A DNA stretch of 41,089 bases from a virus: the UHGV virus genome UHGV-1357962, one strand, 5' to 3'. Positions 25,845 to 34,071 of this stretch are shown here, one piece after another; the stretch's first letter is position 1, and every line of letters begins with the position of its first letter. The notes beneath the pieces are model-generated. The model was given only the letters and a program-made list of their open reading frames with translations. It ran no database searches and had not been told where the DNA came from. Made by a program: the position numbers and the translations under genes.

Positions 25845-27589
25845 GAGAATTTCCTGCGACCAACTACATACTTGTTATTGCCATTGATACGGTACGCGAT
25901 AGCCTTCGGTGTCATGAATGCGCCCGCCATCTTCACAATCTGCTCGGCTGTTTTCATGGATGCCACCCTTCCTCGCCATCCGGGTTGGACGTACACGTCG
26001 ACAAATTCCTTTTTCAGAATGCGCCTCGACAACTCGCCACCCATCGGGAATATCAGGTACGGCTGGCGCTCGTCGCCTTCCAGGGTGAAACGCACCATCA
26101 GCGCGCCTCCTTTCGTATTCAGCACATCCATCTTCTTAACGCCCACCATTTCCTCATCTGAATACGGATGATGCAGCAGAGCCTTGTTTGAGTCCCTTAA
26201 CTCGCGCCTGCATGACGGATTCCGGCATTCAGTAGCTGCTATGTCGTTTTCTGTTCCGCAGTCAGGGCAAGTTTGCGACACCCAAAAGAAGCCGCAGCGT
26301 TTATCAGGCTCAGATTCATCCTTGCCACGGCATCGGCGCGCGGCCTTGCTGTTCATCTCATGGCAGCGCGGACATGGTTTATCCTCGCCGCGCGATTTAT
26401 CACGTTGCGCCAGTGCTTCACCAGTAGTCGGGTCATCCAGCAGATGCCCCAGTCGGTCGAATACCCCGGCATAGTCCAGAACCAGATAGTTCTCTTTGTG
26501 GAAACCAGCCTCTTTCATCCACTCTTCCAGAAGTCGAGCGCCGCGACCCATAGACTGAATCAGCAACACCAGTGAACCAATTGGACGCAGGTACACCACA
26601 ACGTCAATCAGTGGAGAATTAAAGCCGGTAGTCAGCACCGACACGTTAATAAGCCAGTCGAGCTTACCTTGCTTTGACAGCATGATAACCCGGTCTTTCT
26701 CTGCCTCGCTGGAGTCGTCAGTGACAAGGCCAATCTTTGACTTGTCGATACCCAGCGCGATCAGGATGCGACGAATCTCCCTGGCGTGGCGCTTGGTGGA
26801 TGCAAAGACTATCCGCTGGTTCCGGTCTTTGGTCTTTTCAATGACCTGCATCAGAATGCGCACAAGTTTTTTCTTGCCAGCGTCAGACATGGCGATTTCG
26901 TCTAGTTCCTTCTCGCTGAACTCCCATGAGCCGCTGCGAGTATTCACGCCGGAGAAGTCAAGCGCGTCATCGTCAGCATCCGGGAACCCATAGACGGGAA
27001 CCGAAAGGAACCCCATCTCGGTCAGTCGGTCAACGCCGATGTCATACACTACGTCCTGCCAGAAGTCGAACGTTGTGAGGTGGGCAGTGCCACGGAATGG
27101 CGAACCAGTAACTCCAACGATATGCATAAGACGCCCCGCCTTCTTCGCAACCCCATCCAGATGATTGATGATGCGCATGAATTGTGTATCTTCATTCTCG
27201 ATGTCTACCTGATGGCTTTCGTCGATCAGAAGCAAATCAACCGGCTTATTGAAGTCGGCAAGGCCGTTAACAATCGTGCCCTCTGTGCCAACTGTAACCT
27301 GATACACCTGGCGCTTATTGAACTTTGCGGCGTACATCCCAGCAGGTACGGAAAAATCATAGAACTCACGATAGGTCTGCTCGGCAAGGATGGGCTGGCG
27401 GGCAATCTGCAAAACTCGCCCGCCTCGCTCATGTACGTGCCTGGCGATGATTGCCATCATGATGGTTTTGCCTGCGCCTGCTGCGGCATCAACCAGTATC
27501 CTGCTGGCGACGCCCCTATTAGAGTTTTCACGGATGCGGTGAATCACCGCCTCCTTTGCTTCAGTCTGGTAAAATCGTGGCTGTTTCAT
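25841..27589 (-). CDS. SF2 (DEAH/SNF2-like) ATP-dependent helicase with a C-terminal Zn-ribbon region (582 aa).
   Basis: Walker A DAAAGAGKT and motif II LLLIDESHQV. C-terminal CPRCH...C...CPDCG...C cysteine clusters. Confidence 0.75.
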   Translation of the reverse strand: MKQPRFYQTEAKEAVIHRIRENSNRGVASRILVDAAAGAGKTIMMAIIARHVHERGGRVLQIARQPILAEQTYREFYDFSVPAGMYAAKFNKRQVYQVTVGTEGTIVNGLADFNKPVDLLLIDESHQVDIENEDTQFMRIINHLDGVAKKAGRLMHIVGVTGSPFRGTAHLTTFDFWQDVVYDIGVDRLTEMGFLSVPVYGFPDADDDALDFSGVNTRSGSWEFSEKELDEIAMSDAGKKKLVRILMQVIEKTKDRNQRIVFASTKRHAREIRRILIALGIDKSKIGLVTDDSSEAEKDRVIMLSKQGKLDWLINVSVLTTGFNSPLIDVVVYLRPIGSLVLLIQSMGRGARLLEEWMKEAGFHKENYLVLDYAGVFDRLGHLLDDPTTGEALAQRDKSRGEDKPCPRCHEMNSKAARRCRGKDESEPDKRCGFFWVSQTCPDCGTENDIAATECRNPSCRRELRDSNKALLHHPYSDEEMVGVKKMDVLNTKGGALMVRFTLEGDERQPYLIFPMGGELSRRILKKEFVDVYVQPGWRGRVASMKTAEQIVKMAGAFMTPKAIAYRINGNNKYVVGRRKFS

Positions 27590-27590
27590 G

Positions 27591-28364
27591 TCATTTCCCT
27601 GACAGGTAATCGTTGATAATTTTTTCTACCATGACAGCGTCTTCCTGGCTCATGGTGTATGTTCCACCGCAGCGCTCCGCACGGCACATAATCTCAGCCA
27701 GCATCCGACCAGCCTTAGCATTGAACTTCGGTGCGGCGCTTACTTTCTTCTTGCCCTGGGCGACGGCTTTCTCTTTCAGCTCCTCAGCTACCGCGCCAGC
27801 ATTTGCGCCATGCTCTTTCTGCAATGCGATAGCGGTGGTGTAACTCATGTCACCCTTCTTCACCATGTCTTTGATTGGCTGCTCGCAGTCGATAAGCTGG
27901 AGGTGATTCAGTACATCACTAGCGCTGAGCTTTACCTTTCTTGCAATCTCCTCGTTGGTGAGTCCCTGATTGCGCATGCGACGGTATGCCTCAGCTCGCT
28001 CCATCGGGCTTAATGAGCGACCCTGAGAGCTTGTAACCATGAACGCCACCTTGTCGGCCTCGTTGCCTGTGAAGTCATTGCACTCAAGGCGTATATCGTG
28101 ACCATCTGCCTGCGCCAGTAATGCGCCGTGGTATCGGTGATGGCCGTCGATAATCTTCACGCCCTGAGATGTAACCTCAACAGCCAGTGCCGGAACATAT
28201 TCGCCTGCGGAATAAGCCTGGCGGAACTCTTCTACATGCTCAGGGTCGATGTCACGGATGTTAAAACCAGGCTCGACGTAAAGCTCATTGAGCGGAACCA
28301 TGAAAGTTTTGCGAACTGTGGTGTTTGTCTTCTTGCTGCTGTAGTGCTGGTTTAAAGTAGCCAT
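27591..28364 (-). CDS. ParB-like nuclease-domain protein (~257 aa from the ATG at 28364).
   Basis: ...FNIRDIDPEHVEEFRQAYSAGEYVPALAV...IIDGHHRYHGALLA... is the ParB N-terminal domain. An AGGAG RBS sits before the ATG at 28364, while the longer TTG/ATG at 28430 lacks an RBS. Confidence 0.7.
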   Translation of the reverse strand: MATLNQHYSSKKTNTTVRKTFMVPLNELYVEPGFNIRDIDPEHVEEFRQAYSAGEYVPALAVEVTSQGVKIIDGHHRYHGALLAQADGHDIRLECNDFTGNEADKVAFMVTSSQGRSLSPMERAEAYRRMRNQGLTNEEIARKVKLSASDVLNHLQLIDCEQPIKDMVKKGDMSYTTAIALQKEHGANAGAVAEELKEKAVAQGKKKVSAAPKFNAKAGRMLAEIMCRAERCGGTYTMSQEDAVMVEKIINDYLSGK

Positions 28365-28392
28365 GCTATTGCTCCTGTTGTTAGTTGAGTAA

Positions 28393-28420
28393 ATCCTATC
28401 ACTTAACCTTATAATGTCAA
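28393..28420 (-). promoter_or_regulatory. Candidate sigma70 promoter (GTGGTTGACAT -35, 16-nt spacer, TAGGAT -10) upstream of the ParB-like gene. Contains the conserved element.
   Basis: Perfect TTGACA at 28420..28415 and TAGGAT at 28398..28393. The element overlaps the stop codon of the DnaB-like gene. Confidence 0.4.
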
Positions 28421-28426
28421 CCACAA

Positions 28427-30064
28427 TCACCAGGTAAAATCATCACTCTCGCGCTCAGCCACCAGCAGAACTTTACGATTAAACATCGTGCCTTCTTCCA
28501 GAATGCCATCATTCAGCATCTCTCCGATAATATCCTTTGCCTTGCCATAGTTAGGGCACAGCTCTTTGCCCGGGCCGTCTATGAACGCGTTGATAAACTC
28601 GCTGGTGCTTGTTGGTCTGGAATTGCTACGGATGCATTCAATGATGAGCGATTTAACGCGCGTAGTATCCACATGGAAGCGCTTGGCGATAGCGCCCGTG
28701 CCAATCATCTCTGGTGGGTCAATAGTCAGCATATCGCCAGCGTCACTTCGCTTGAGCCATACCGGGCCATCCCATCCCTTGAAGTTGTTATGCTTCGGCA
28801 TGGTCAGGCGAATGATGTCATCATCACCAGCCTCTGCCTTCTCGCCTTTAAGCTGCGACATGGTTGCCAGAGCCAGATGACAACGCGCACCATCCACCAG
28901 CGCAGAAGCCCCGCGCGAGCCTCCAGGGTCGGTCTTTGATGAGTGGTGCACCATCAGTACCGCCGAGCCAGATAAATCAACCACGCGCCGCACAGCGTTG
29001 ATAAACACGTTTGCCTCGTTGTTACTGTTCTCCTCACCGCTGGCAAATTTGTTCATCGGGTCAAGAATGGCAAGCCGGCAGTTACATGCCTTCAGTGATG
29101 CAGCCAGATTTCGGATAACCCCTGTCTGTTCCAGGTCGCCACCGCGCTCGCGCTTAATCAGGCGTATATCCTTATCACGCAGTGGCACGAACAGGATTGA
29201 CGAAAGAATCTGCGCCTTCTCGTCACGGCTCATGCCCGCCGCTTTAATCAGCTTATCAAGGCGATGCCGGTAATCATCAACGCTATCCTCGCCAATAAGG
29301 AAGACAACTACCCCCTGCTCCACGGGAGTGAGGAAATTGTATTTCCCGCCAAGTGCGGGACGCCCGAGCGCGACAGAAATGCCAAGTTTGATGGTGAGCC
29401 AGGATTTACCCGTACCGCCAGCGCCAGTAAGCAAAGTAATATCTTTGTGCTTAATACATTCATTGAAAATCTTCTCGATAAGGGAATAGTCTTCATCAAT
29501 GGTCTCCAGCTGCGAGGCGATCACATCGACAGGATTGAACAGCATGCGGCCCGCTGATATGTTGTCGATACCTGCGGTAATGTCACTTGCTTCTGCCAGT
29601 CGGATAGCCAGCGAACGCCCATCCTCTTTGGTGATGATTTCACGGGCGGCATTCATCCGGCGCAGAACTTCACGCGCATTTGAGCGCTCAACCACGATGT
29701 CAGCATAGGCGTTGATGTTTGCGGCGCTGGGCGTTCCTTTGGCTATCTCTGACAGGTATGCGAACCCACCTATTTTTTCACCCATACCCTTGCTTTCGAT
29801 AATGTCGAACAGGGTAATCACATCCACCGACTTTGCATTGTCGGTCATCGCACAGATTTCACGCCAGATAATGCGGTGTGATGCGGCATAAAAATCAGAT
29901 TCCCGCACGTTCTGAAACACGTAATCGGTACGCTCACGAAAATCCGCATCGAACCCGAGTATCAGGATGCCGCCGATAAGTGACTGCTCAGCCGCCAGGT
30001 TGACCAGGCTGTTTATTTGTTCTTCTGCCATGATTTTATTCCAGGTGAATGGGGCGGATATCAT
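28427..30064 (-). CDS. DnaB-family replicative helicase (545 aa).
   Basis: DnaB N-terminal domain (AEQSLIGGILILGF...) and a RecA-like ATPase with Walker A LTGAGGTGKSWL. Confidence 0.8.
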   Translation of the reverse strand: MISAPFTWNKIMAEEQINSLVNLAAEQSLIGGILILGFDADFRERTDYVFQNVRESDFYAASHRIIWREICAMTDNAKSVDVITLFDIIESKGMGEKIGGFAYLSEIAKGTPSAANINAYADIVVERSNAREVLRRMNAAREIITKEDGRSLAIRLAEASDITAGIDNISAGRMLFNPVDVIASQLETIDEDYSLIEKIFNECIKHKDITLLTGAGGTGKSWLTIKLGISVALGRPALGGKYNFLTPVEQGVVVFLIGEDSVDDYRHRLDKLIKAAGMSRDEKAQILSSILFVPLRDKDIRLIKRERGGDLEQTGVIRNLAASLKACNCRLAILDPMNKFASGEENSNNEANVFINAVRRVVDLSGSAVLMVHHSSKTDPGGSRGASALVDGARCHLALATMSQLKGEKAEAGDDDIIRLTMPKHNNFKGWDGPVWLKRSDAGDMLTIDPPEMIGTGAIAKRFHVDTTRVKSLIIECIRSNSRPTSTSEFINAFIDGPGKELCPNYGKAKDIIGEMLNDGILEEGTMFNRKVLLVAERESDDFTW

Positions 30065-30084
30065 CCCGCCCCGTTATAGATGGG

Positions 30085-31017
30085 TCAATAAGCCATAAAT
30101 GCTTTTACGAATTCCGCTGCGACTTGCGGGACGATGGCATTGCCGTAACCGCGCAGTCGTCCCACTCTGGCGGGAATCCCATTAGCCAGCGGGAATGTGC
30201 CGGACTCAACTGGCCTGAACTTTCCATCCCTGCATCCGAGCCAGTCAGCATCTGACCAGAAGCTGTTATGCGGATTGGCCCCACCGAAATCTGCTTCAAC
30301 CCTTGCTCCGTCGCATAGTCCAGTCTGTCGAATGTCCTGTCTTTCCCGTCCTTGCGAATCACTGTCTCTCCGCTCCCTCTGTAATCGTTCGCTGTTGGTG
30401 TAGGCCATGCTGCCAGCGCCGCAGCCCATCCGACTTTGTTCGGCTTCGTCCTGCCGTCTTTGCAATGCTGAATCGTTGTCCCGTTCGTTATTGCTGAAAC
30501 TGCCGGGGTGGGCCAATCCGTTAACTGCACCAAAGAAGAGTCTTTCTCTTTTGTGCGGAGCGCCGACGCTGCACGCTGGCAATACTGCCGCCCCGCAGGT
30601 GTAGCCTTTTTCTTCCAGGTTAAGGAATACAAAGTCGAGCCAGTGCTTTCCAATTGCTGCCGCAACCTGCTCTCCAAATAGCAACTCAGGCTTGCACTCT
30701 CTGATGAGCCGGAGAAATGCTGGGGCGAGGTGTCTTTCGTCGTCAAATCCGCGAGACTGACCGGCAACGCTAAACGGCTGGCAAGGTGGTGATCCAGTCC
30801 ATAGTCTAGTGCTTGCAGGTACTCCAGCCAACTTGAGTGCAAGGGGCCACCCTCCGATTCCGGCAAAGAAATGACATTGTGTGAATCCTTCCAAATCTGA
30901 AGGGGTAACTTCTGTGATTGATCGCTCATCGACATACCCGTAAGGAATTAGTTTGTTATTGATTAGCTCGCGCAACCATGCCGCCGCGCCCTTGTCCCAT
31001 TCGTTGTAGTAATTCAT
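30085..31017 (-). CDS. DNA (cytosine-5)-methyltransferase (orphan, ~310 aa).
   Basis: Motif I FFAGIGG and motif IV PCQPFS. The ATG at 31017 has a GGAG RBS and an ATGA overlap with the upstream gene. The GTG at 31026 is disfavoured. Confidence 0.8.
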   Translation of the reverse strand: MNYYNEWDKGAAAWLRELINNKLIPYGYVDERSITEVTPSDLEGFTQCHFFAGIGGWPLALKLAGVPASTRLWTGSPPCQPFSVAGQSRGFDDERHLAPAFLRLIRECKPELLFGEQVAAAIGKHWLDFVFLNLEEKGYTCGAAVLPACSVGAPHKRERLFFGAVNGLAHPGSFSNNERDNDSALQRRQDEAEQSRMGCGAGSMAYTNSERLQRERRDSDSQGRERQDIRQTGLCDGARVEADFGGANPHNSFWSDADWLGCRDGKFRPVESGTFPLANGIPARVGRLRGYGNAIVPQVAAEFVKAFMAY

Positions 31018-31250
31018 TTGGCGCACTCCACAACGCCCATAATCTGAGCTACCGCATTAAACGCGATGCGCCATGCCTCATATTCACCGAAGCGATGACC
31101 GGTCATGCGAGCCTTGCAATATCGGCGATTCAGGTACTGACCATTCCAGCGCCAGGTAATGATGATGGCGTCATGTCCGCCGCTGCGGATGGTGACTTCG
31201 GCCTTCGGGTTGGCGGCCTGCGCCATATTGAAGATTGAGAAGATATTCAT
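31014..31250 (-). CDS. Hypothetical 78-aa early protein.
   Basis: ATGA-coupled on both sides. Confidence 0.45.
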   Translation of the reverse strand: MNIFSIFNMAQAANPKAEVTIRSGGHDAIIITWRWNGQYLNRRYCKARMTGHRFGEYEAWRIAFNAVAQIMGVVECAK

Positions 31251-31390
31251 GCATCAATCCTCGAAATTCCAGTGTTTATCTGTGCAACAAGGCGTGATAT
31301 TTCATTAATCACTATCTTAAGGCAAATCTTGCGCAGCCATACCGGAGAGTATTTACCTGTGCCAAAAAAACGCAGAACCTTTAATTTCAT
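31247..31390 (-). CDS. Unlisted small ORF (47 aa), MKLKVLRFFGTGKYSPVWLRKICLKIVINEISRLVAQINTGISRIDA.
   Basis: GAGGAG RBS 8 nt upstream of the ATG. Its stop overlaps the start of the next gene (ATGA). It falls below the 60-aa cutoff of the ORF track. Confidence 0.35.
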   Translation of the reverse strand: MKLKVLRFFGTGKYSPVWLRKICLKIVINEISRLVAQINTGISRIDA

Positions 31391-31424
31391 ATCAATTTCT
31401 CCTCAAACTGCTCTCTGCTGCTTT

Positions 31425-31607
31425 TCATTTGCACGCCCTCATAATCTTTTTGCACTTGAATCTGTGTTCACTTTCTTGCGGCACTGGCATCATTCCGGCT
31501 GGCGTCATTTCGCATCTGATGCACTGCCTTGCCCAATACTTCTGCCCGGGATTGAAGCGATACCAGTCTTTCGATTCACCGCATCTATAACACTGATACA
31601 GCCTCAT
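31425..31607 (-). CDS. Small Zn-ribbon protein (60 aa from the ATG at 31607).
   Basis: CYRCG...CIRCE cysteine pairs. GAGG RBS. Confidence 0.45.
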   Translation of the reverse strand: MRLYQCYRCGESKDWYRFNPGQKYWARQCIRCEMTPAGMMPVPQESEHRFKCKKIMRACK

Positions 31608-31618
31608 AACTTCACGCC

Positions 31619-31855
31619 TCAACGGTCACGCATTGCGTCATCATGGAACTCCTTCATATTCTCCTGCATCACACGAATGCCATTCATTGTGCCTTCATAA
31701 TAGGAAAGGCTGATGAGGCTGCGTACTGCTGAGCGGGCCATACTTTCTTCAAAACCAGACATGCCAACCCAGTCAATCCACGGCGATATGTTGTTAATGA
31801 ACTCATCCATAAGGCGCTGCTGGATTTCTTCGTACTGCTGTAATTCGTCGCTCAT
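31619..31855 (-). CDS. Hypothetical acidic 78-aa protein ([10 protein letters not shown]...).
   Basis: The ATG at 31855 has a GGAGA RBS and an ATGA overlap with the upstream gene stop. Confidence 0.45.
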   Translation of the reverse strand: MSDELQQYEEIQQRLMDEFINNISPWIDWVGMSGFEESMARSAVRSLISLSYYEGTMNGIRVMQENMKEFHDDAMRDR

Positions 31856-32103
31856 TCCTTGCTCTCCCATGTCTTTATGTTTTCTCCACAGAAAGGGCAG
31901 AAGTTCATCGCCACTCCCCGGCCAACATAATCCCCTGAATGCAGCTGAACAATGTCAATTCCTGGCTCTCCGGTCTTCATGTTCACGCGCTCAGGAACAA
32001 AGCATCCCTTCTGCCGAAAAGATGGATTTCCGTACTCAAGTGATTTTTGTAGGGTGTGGCATCGAGATATTTTGTTGCCTATTACTTTACATTTGATTTG
32101 CAT
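31852..32103 (-). CDS. Small Zn-binding protein (83 aa), first gene of the leftward early operon.
   Basis: AGGAGG RBS. C-terminal CPFCGE plus upstream Cys/His residues. Confidence 0.5.
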   Translation of the reverse strand: MQIKCKVIGNKISRCHTLQKSLEYGNPSFRQKGCFVPERVNMKTGEPGIDIVQLHSGDYVGRGVAMNFCPFCGENIKTWESKE

Positions 32104-32126
32104 GTTGCCTCCTGTTGTTTCCAACA

Positions 32127-32155
32127 AATCTACAGTCCAGATATGGTTATGTCAA
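32127..32155 (-). promoter_or_regulatory. Leftward early promoter (GTGGTTGACAT -35, 17-nt spacer, TAGATT -10). Contains the conserved element.
   Basis: Perfect TTGACA at 32155..32150 and TAGATT at 32132..32127, followed by the leader and AGGAGG RBS of the gene starting at 32103. Confidence 0.5.
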
Positions 32156-32191
32156 CCACGACTTTAATCTTTTGTTTTTGCTTCTCATCTC

Positions 32192-32220
32192 TTGACTTTA
32201 TAAGAATAATATGATAAACT
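32192..32220 (+). promoter_or_regulatory. Rightward sigma70-like promoter (TTGACT-17-TAAACT).
   Basis: Hexamers at 32192-97 and 32215-20. A perfect hairpin (CCCTGT-taaggt-ACAGGG, 32225-32243) lies just downstream of the predicted start. Confidence 0.45.
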
Positions 32221-32314
32221 CACACCCTGTTAAGGTACAGGGGGAGTGGAGTGGCTAACGTATACTCCCGCCACCCTATCATCCTACAGGGAGTGAGAAT
32301 CAATCATAAGCATA

Positions 32315-32343
32315 TTGACAAACCCCATTTCCGCCTTTACATT
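32315..32343 (+). promoter_or_regulatory. Second rightward promoter (TTGACA-17-TACATT). A duplicated ATTGACA lies at 32314 and 32353.
   Basis: ATTGACAaacc and ATTGACAcaac are direct repeats 39 bp apart, and the second lies inside the leader of the gene starting at 32377. Confidence 0.4.
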
Positions 32344-32376
32344 CTCCTCAAGATTGACACAACAGGAGAATCAAAA

Positions 32377-32862
32377 ATGAAACGTAAGCCATCCCCACAC
32401 TATGCAAACCTTGCCGCTCAGGTTGAAAAACTCATCGCTGAAGTGAAAGAGCTTAAACTCCAGGTGAAGGCGCTTAAGTCGGGAAATAAATCACAGCCAT
32501 CTGACGACTCGCCAGTCATCGACATGGCTCCATTCATTGCCAAAGCCCATGAAATTGACCCGGACTTAATCCCTGTTACTGACCTGATGAAAAAATATGG
32601 GTTCAAGAGCTGGGCAACGGTGGTGAATATCCTGCGCAACGTGCAGATGACGGAAGAGGTTGAGGTTGATGGGCACATCCGCACCTTCACGCATAAGGTG
32701 AACGGCGATTTCTGGCTGCGGGATGTGGTAAATAACGCAGAGTATCGGCCTTCTGATGGGCGACTAATGTGCAAAGAGGCATCAGAATCAGGCAAGAAGA
32801 TGGGCACATTCTCCATCCCCCGCAACTGGGTGCGCAGCGAAATCAAATCATACCGAGGTTGA
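32377..32862 (+). CDS. Putative regulatory protein (161 aa) with an N-terminal coiled coil and a Rha/KilA-like C-terminal region. First gene of the rightward operon.
   Basis: Strong AGGAG RBS. ...DLMKKYGFKSWATVVNILRNV... resembles phage Rha-type regulatory domains (weak call). Confidence 0.45.
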   Translation: MKRKPSPHYANLAAQVEKLIAEVKELKLQVKALKSGNKSQPSDDSPVIDMAPFIAKAHEIDPDLIPVTDLMKKYGFKSWATVVNILRNVQMTEEVEVDGHIRTFTHKVNGDFWLRDVVNNAEYRPSDGRLMCKEASESGKKMGTFSIPRNWVRSEIKSYRG

Positions 32863-32887
32863 CACTGTTTCATTGCGGGGTGATAAT
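32859..32887 (+). promoter_or_regulatory. Near-consensus sigma70 promoter (TTGACA-17-GATAAT).
   Basis: TTGACA overlaps the upstream stop codon. 17-nt spacer. GATAAT at 32882-87. Confidence 0.55.
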
Positions 32888-32911
32888 AGGGGGAAACAAC
32901 GGAAAGGATGA

Positions 32912-33112
32912 ATGATGAAACAATTTACCCCGCGCGACTTTATCCGCAACGGCATGAAAGAAGCGATGGATGCTGCGGCTAATGGCGAGGATGTATTCAT
33001 TACTCCGGGCCGCAGTAAGAGTTTTAACACACCAAACCCACGCGCTATCCATAACTACGGAGAGAAAGTCGCTCGCTCCCGGTTTAAACTGGTACTGGTG
33101 AAGGAGGACTGA
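32912..33112 (+). CDS. Hypothetical 66-aa protein.
   Basis: GGAAAGG RBS. ATGA-coupled to the next gene. Confidence 0.4.
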   Translation: MMKQFTPRDFIRNGMKEAMDAAANGEDVFITPGRSKSFNTPNPRAIHNYGEKVARSRFKLVLVKED

Positions 33113-33378
33113 TGATTGAATTTAAACGCGCAGGCGATGTGATGGTTTTTGAGTGCCAGGCATTCACCATTGAGGTTTGTGCTGATTCTGAGCGCATCGC
33201 AATCAGAGAGGAGGCATCAAACGATCCTCGCGTCAAAGAGGTTATCACTGACGCATTCGAAGTTCTCGACATGATGCTTGAGCACAAGGACCGTAATACC
33301 AATGTCGTGAAGGCTGATTCTTGTATTAATCATGAGCGAAAACGCCTCATGGAATTCATGAAGCGAAGAGGGTTATAA
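33112..33378 (+). CDS. Hypothetical 88-aa protein.
   Basis: ATGA overlap with the upstream gene. Confidence 0.45.
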   Translation: MIEFKRAGDVMVFECQAFTIEVCADSERIAIREEASNDPRVKEVITDAFEVLDMMLEHKDRNTNVVKADSCINHERKRLMEFMKRRGL

Positions 33379-33379
33379 C

Positions 33380-33868
33380 ATGGCTCAATTCCCACCAGGC
33401 AACCGGTTCTGGGAAGCGAGAAGCAGCGCCGGTGCAAAGCCAAAATTTGCAACCCCTGAGCAACTGGAGAAATCTTGCCGGGAGTATTTCCAGTGGGTTG
33501 AGGATAACCCGCTGTGGGAAATGAAGGCATTCGCGTTTCAGGGCGTAGTTACACAGGAGCCTGTTGCTAAGATGCGAGCCATGACAATAGGCGGGCTTTG
33601 CATATTCCTTGGTATTACTCATCAGACGTGGACTCAGTACAGAAAGAGAGACGATTTATCTGAAGTCACGGCATGGGCAGAATCAGTAATAAGAGACCAG
33701 AAGTTTGGTGGCGCGGCTGCCGACCTCCTGAATGCCAACATCATCGCTCGCGACCTGGGACTGAAAGATAACTCCGAGGTTGACCATAAGTCCAGCGACG
33801 GCTCAATGTCTCCTCAAGGCTCAGATGTGACAGACGCACTTAAACGCAAATATGGGAAGGGTGAATGA
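33380..33868 (+). CDS. Terminase small subunit (162 aa).
   Basis: The N-terminus ...[39 protein letters not shown]... matches the conserved TerS (Terminase_2-type) opening. Confidence 0.7.
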   Translation: MAQFPPGNRFWEARSSAGAKPKFATPEQLEKSCREYFQWVEDNPLWEMKAFAFQGVVTQEPVAKMRAMTIGGLCIFLGITHQTWTQYRKRDDLSEVTAWAESVIRDQKFGGAAADLLNANIIARDLGLKDNSEVDHKSSDGSMSPQGSDVTDALKRKYGKGE

Positions 33869-34071
33869 TGAGCGATTACAAATCTCGTGCTGACGAAGTG
33901 CTTCTTTCGCGTGGAGCGCATAACCATGAAGCGTGGCTGAAAGAGCAAGTGGCTGAGGCCATGGATAAGGCTGAACGAGGCGAGGCTGTTTATTACTCAG
34001 CGGAAGATGCTGAGGAAATTATGAATAATAGAAAAGCTGAAATCGCAGCAAAGAATGAAGCCAAAGAGTAA
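33865..34071 (+). CDS. Hypothetical 68-aa acidic helical protein between terS and terL.
   Basis: ATGATG overlap with the terS stop. GGGAAGGG RBS. Confidence 0.4.
   Translation: MMSDYKSRADEVLLSRGAHNHEAWLKEQVAEAMDKAERGEAVYYSAEDAEEIMNNRKAEIAAKNEAKE

Noticed and set aside
28364-28430. Longer start (28430) for the ParB-like gene, adding 22 N-terminal residues.
   Set aside because: The extension has no RBS and would cover the conserved promoter element. The ATG at 28364 has a well-spaced AGGAG.
30105-30935. 276-aa alternative-frame ORF on the - strand inside the methyltransferase gene.
   Set aside because: It is on the same strand but in a different frame from a gene with clear C5-methyltransferase motifs. 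No RBS. Low-complexity Ser/Leu-rich product.
32251-32376. N-terminal extension (GTG start at 32251) of the 32377 regulator gene, giving the 203-aa product listed in the ORF track.
   Set aside because: The extension would cover a promoter (32315-32343), duplicated ATTGACA boxes and an excellent AGGAG RBS plus ATG at 32377. I judge the shorter 161-aa protein to be correct.
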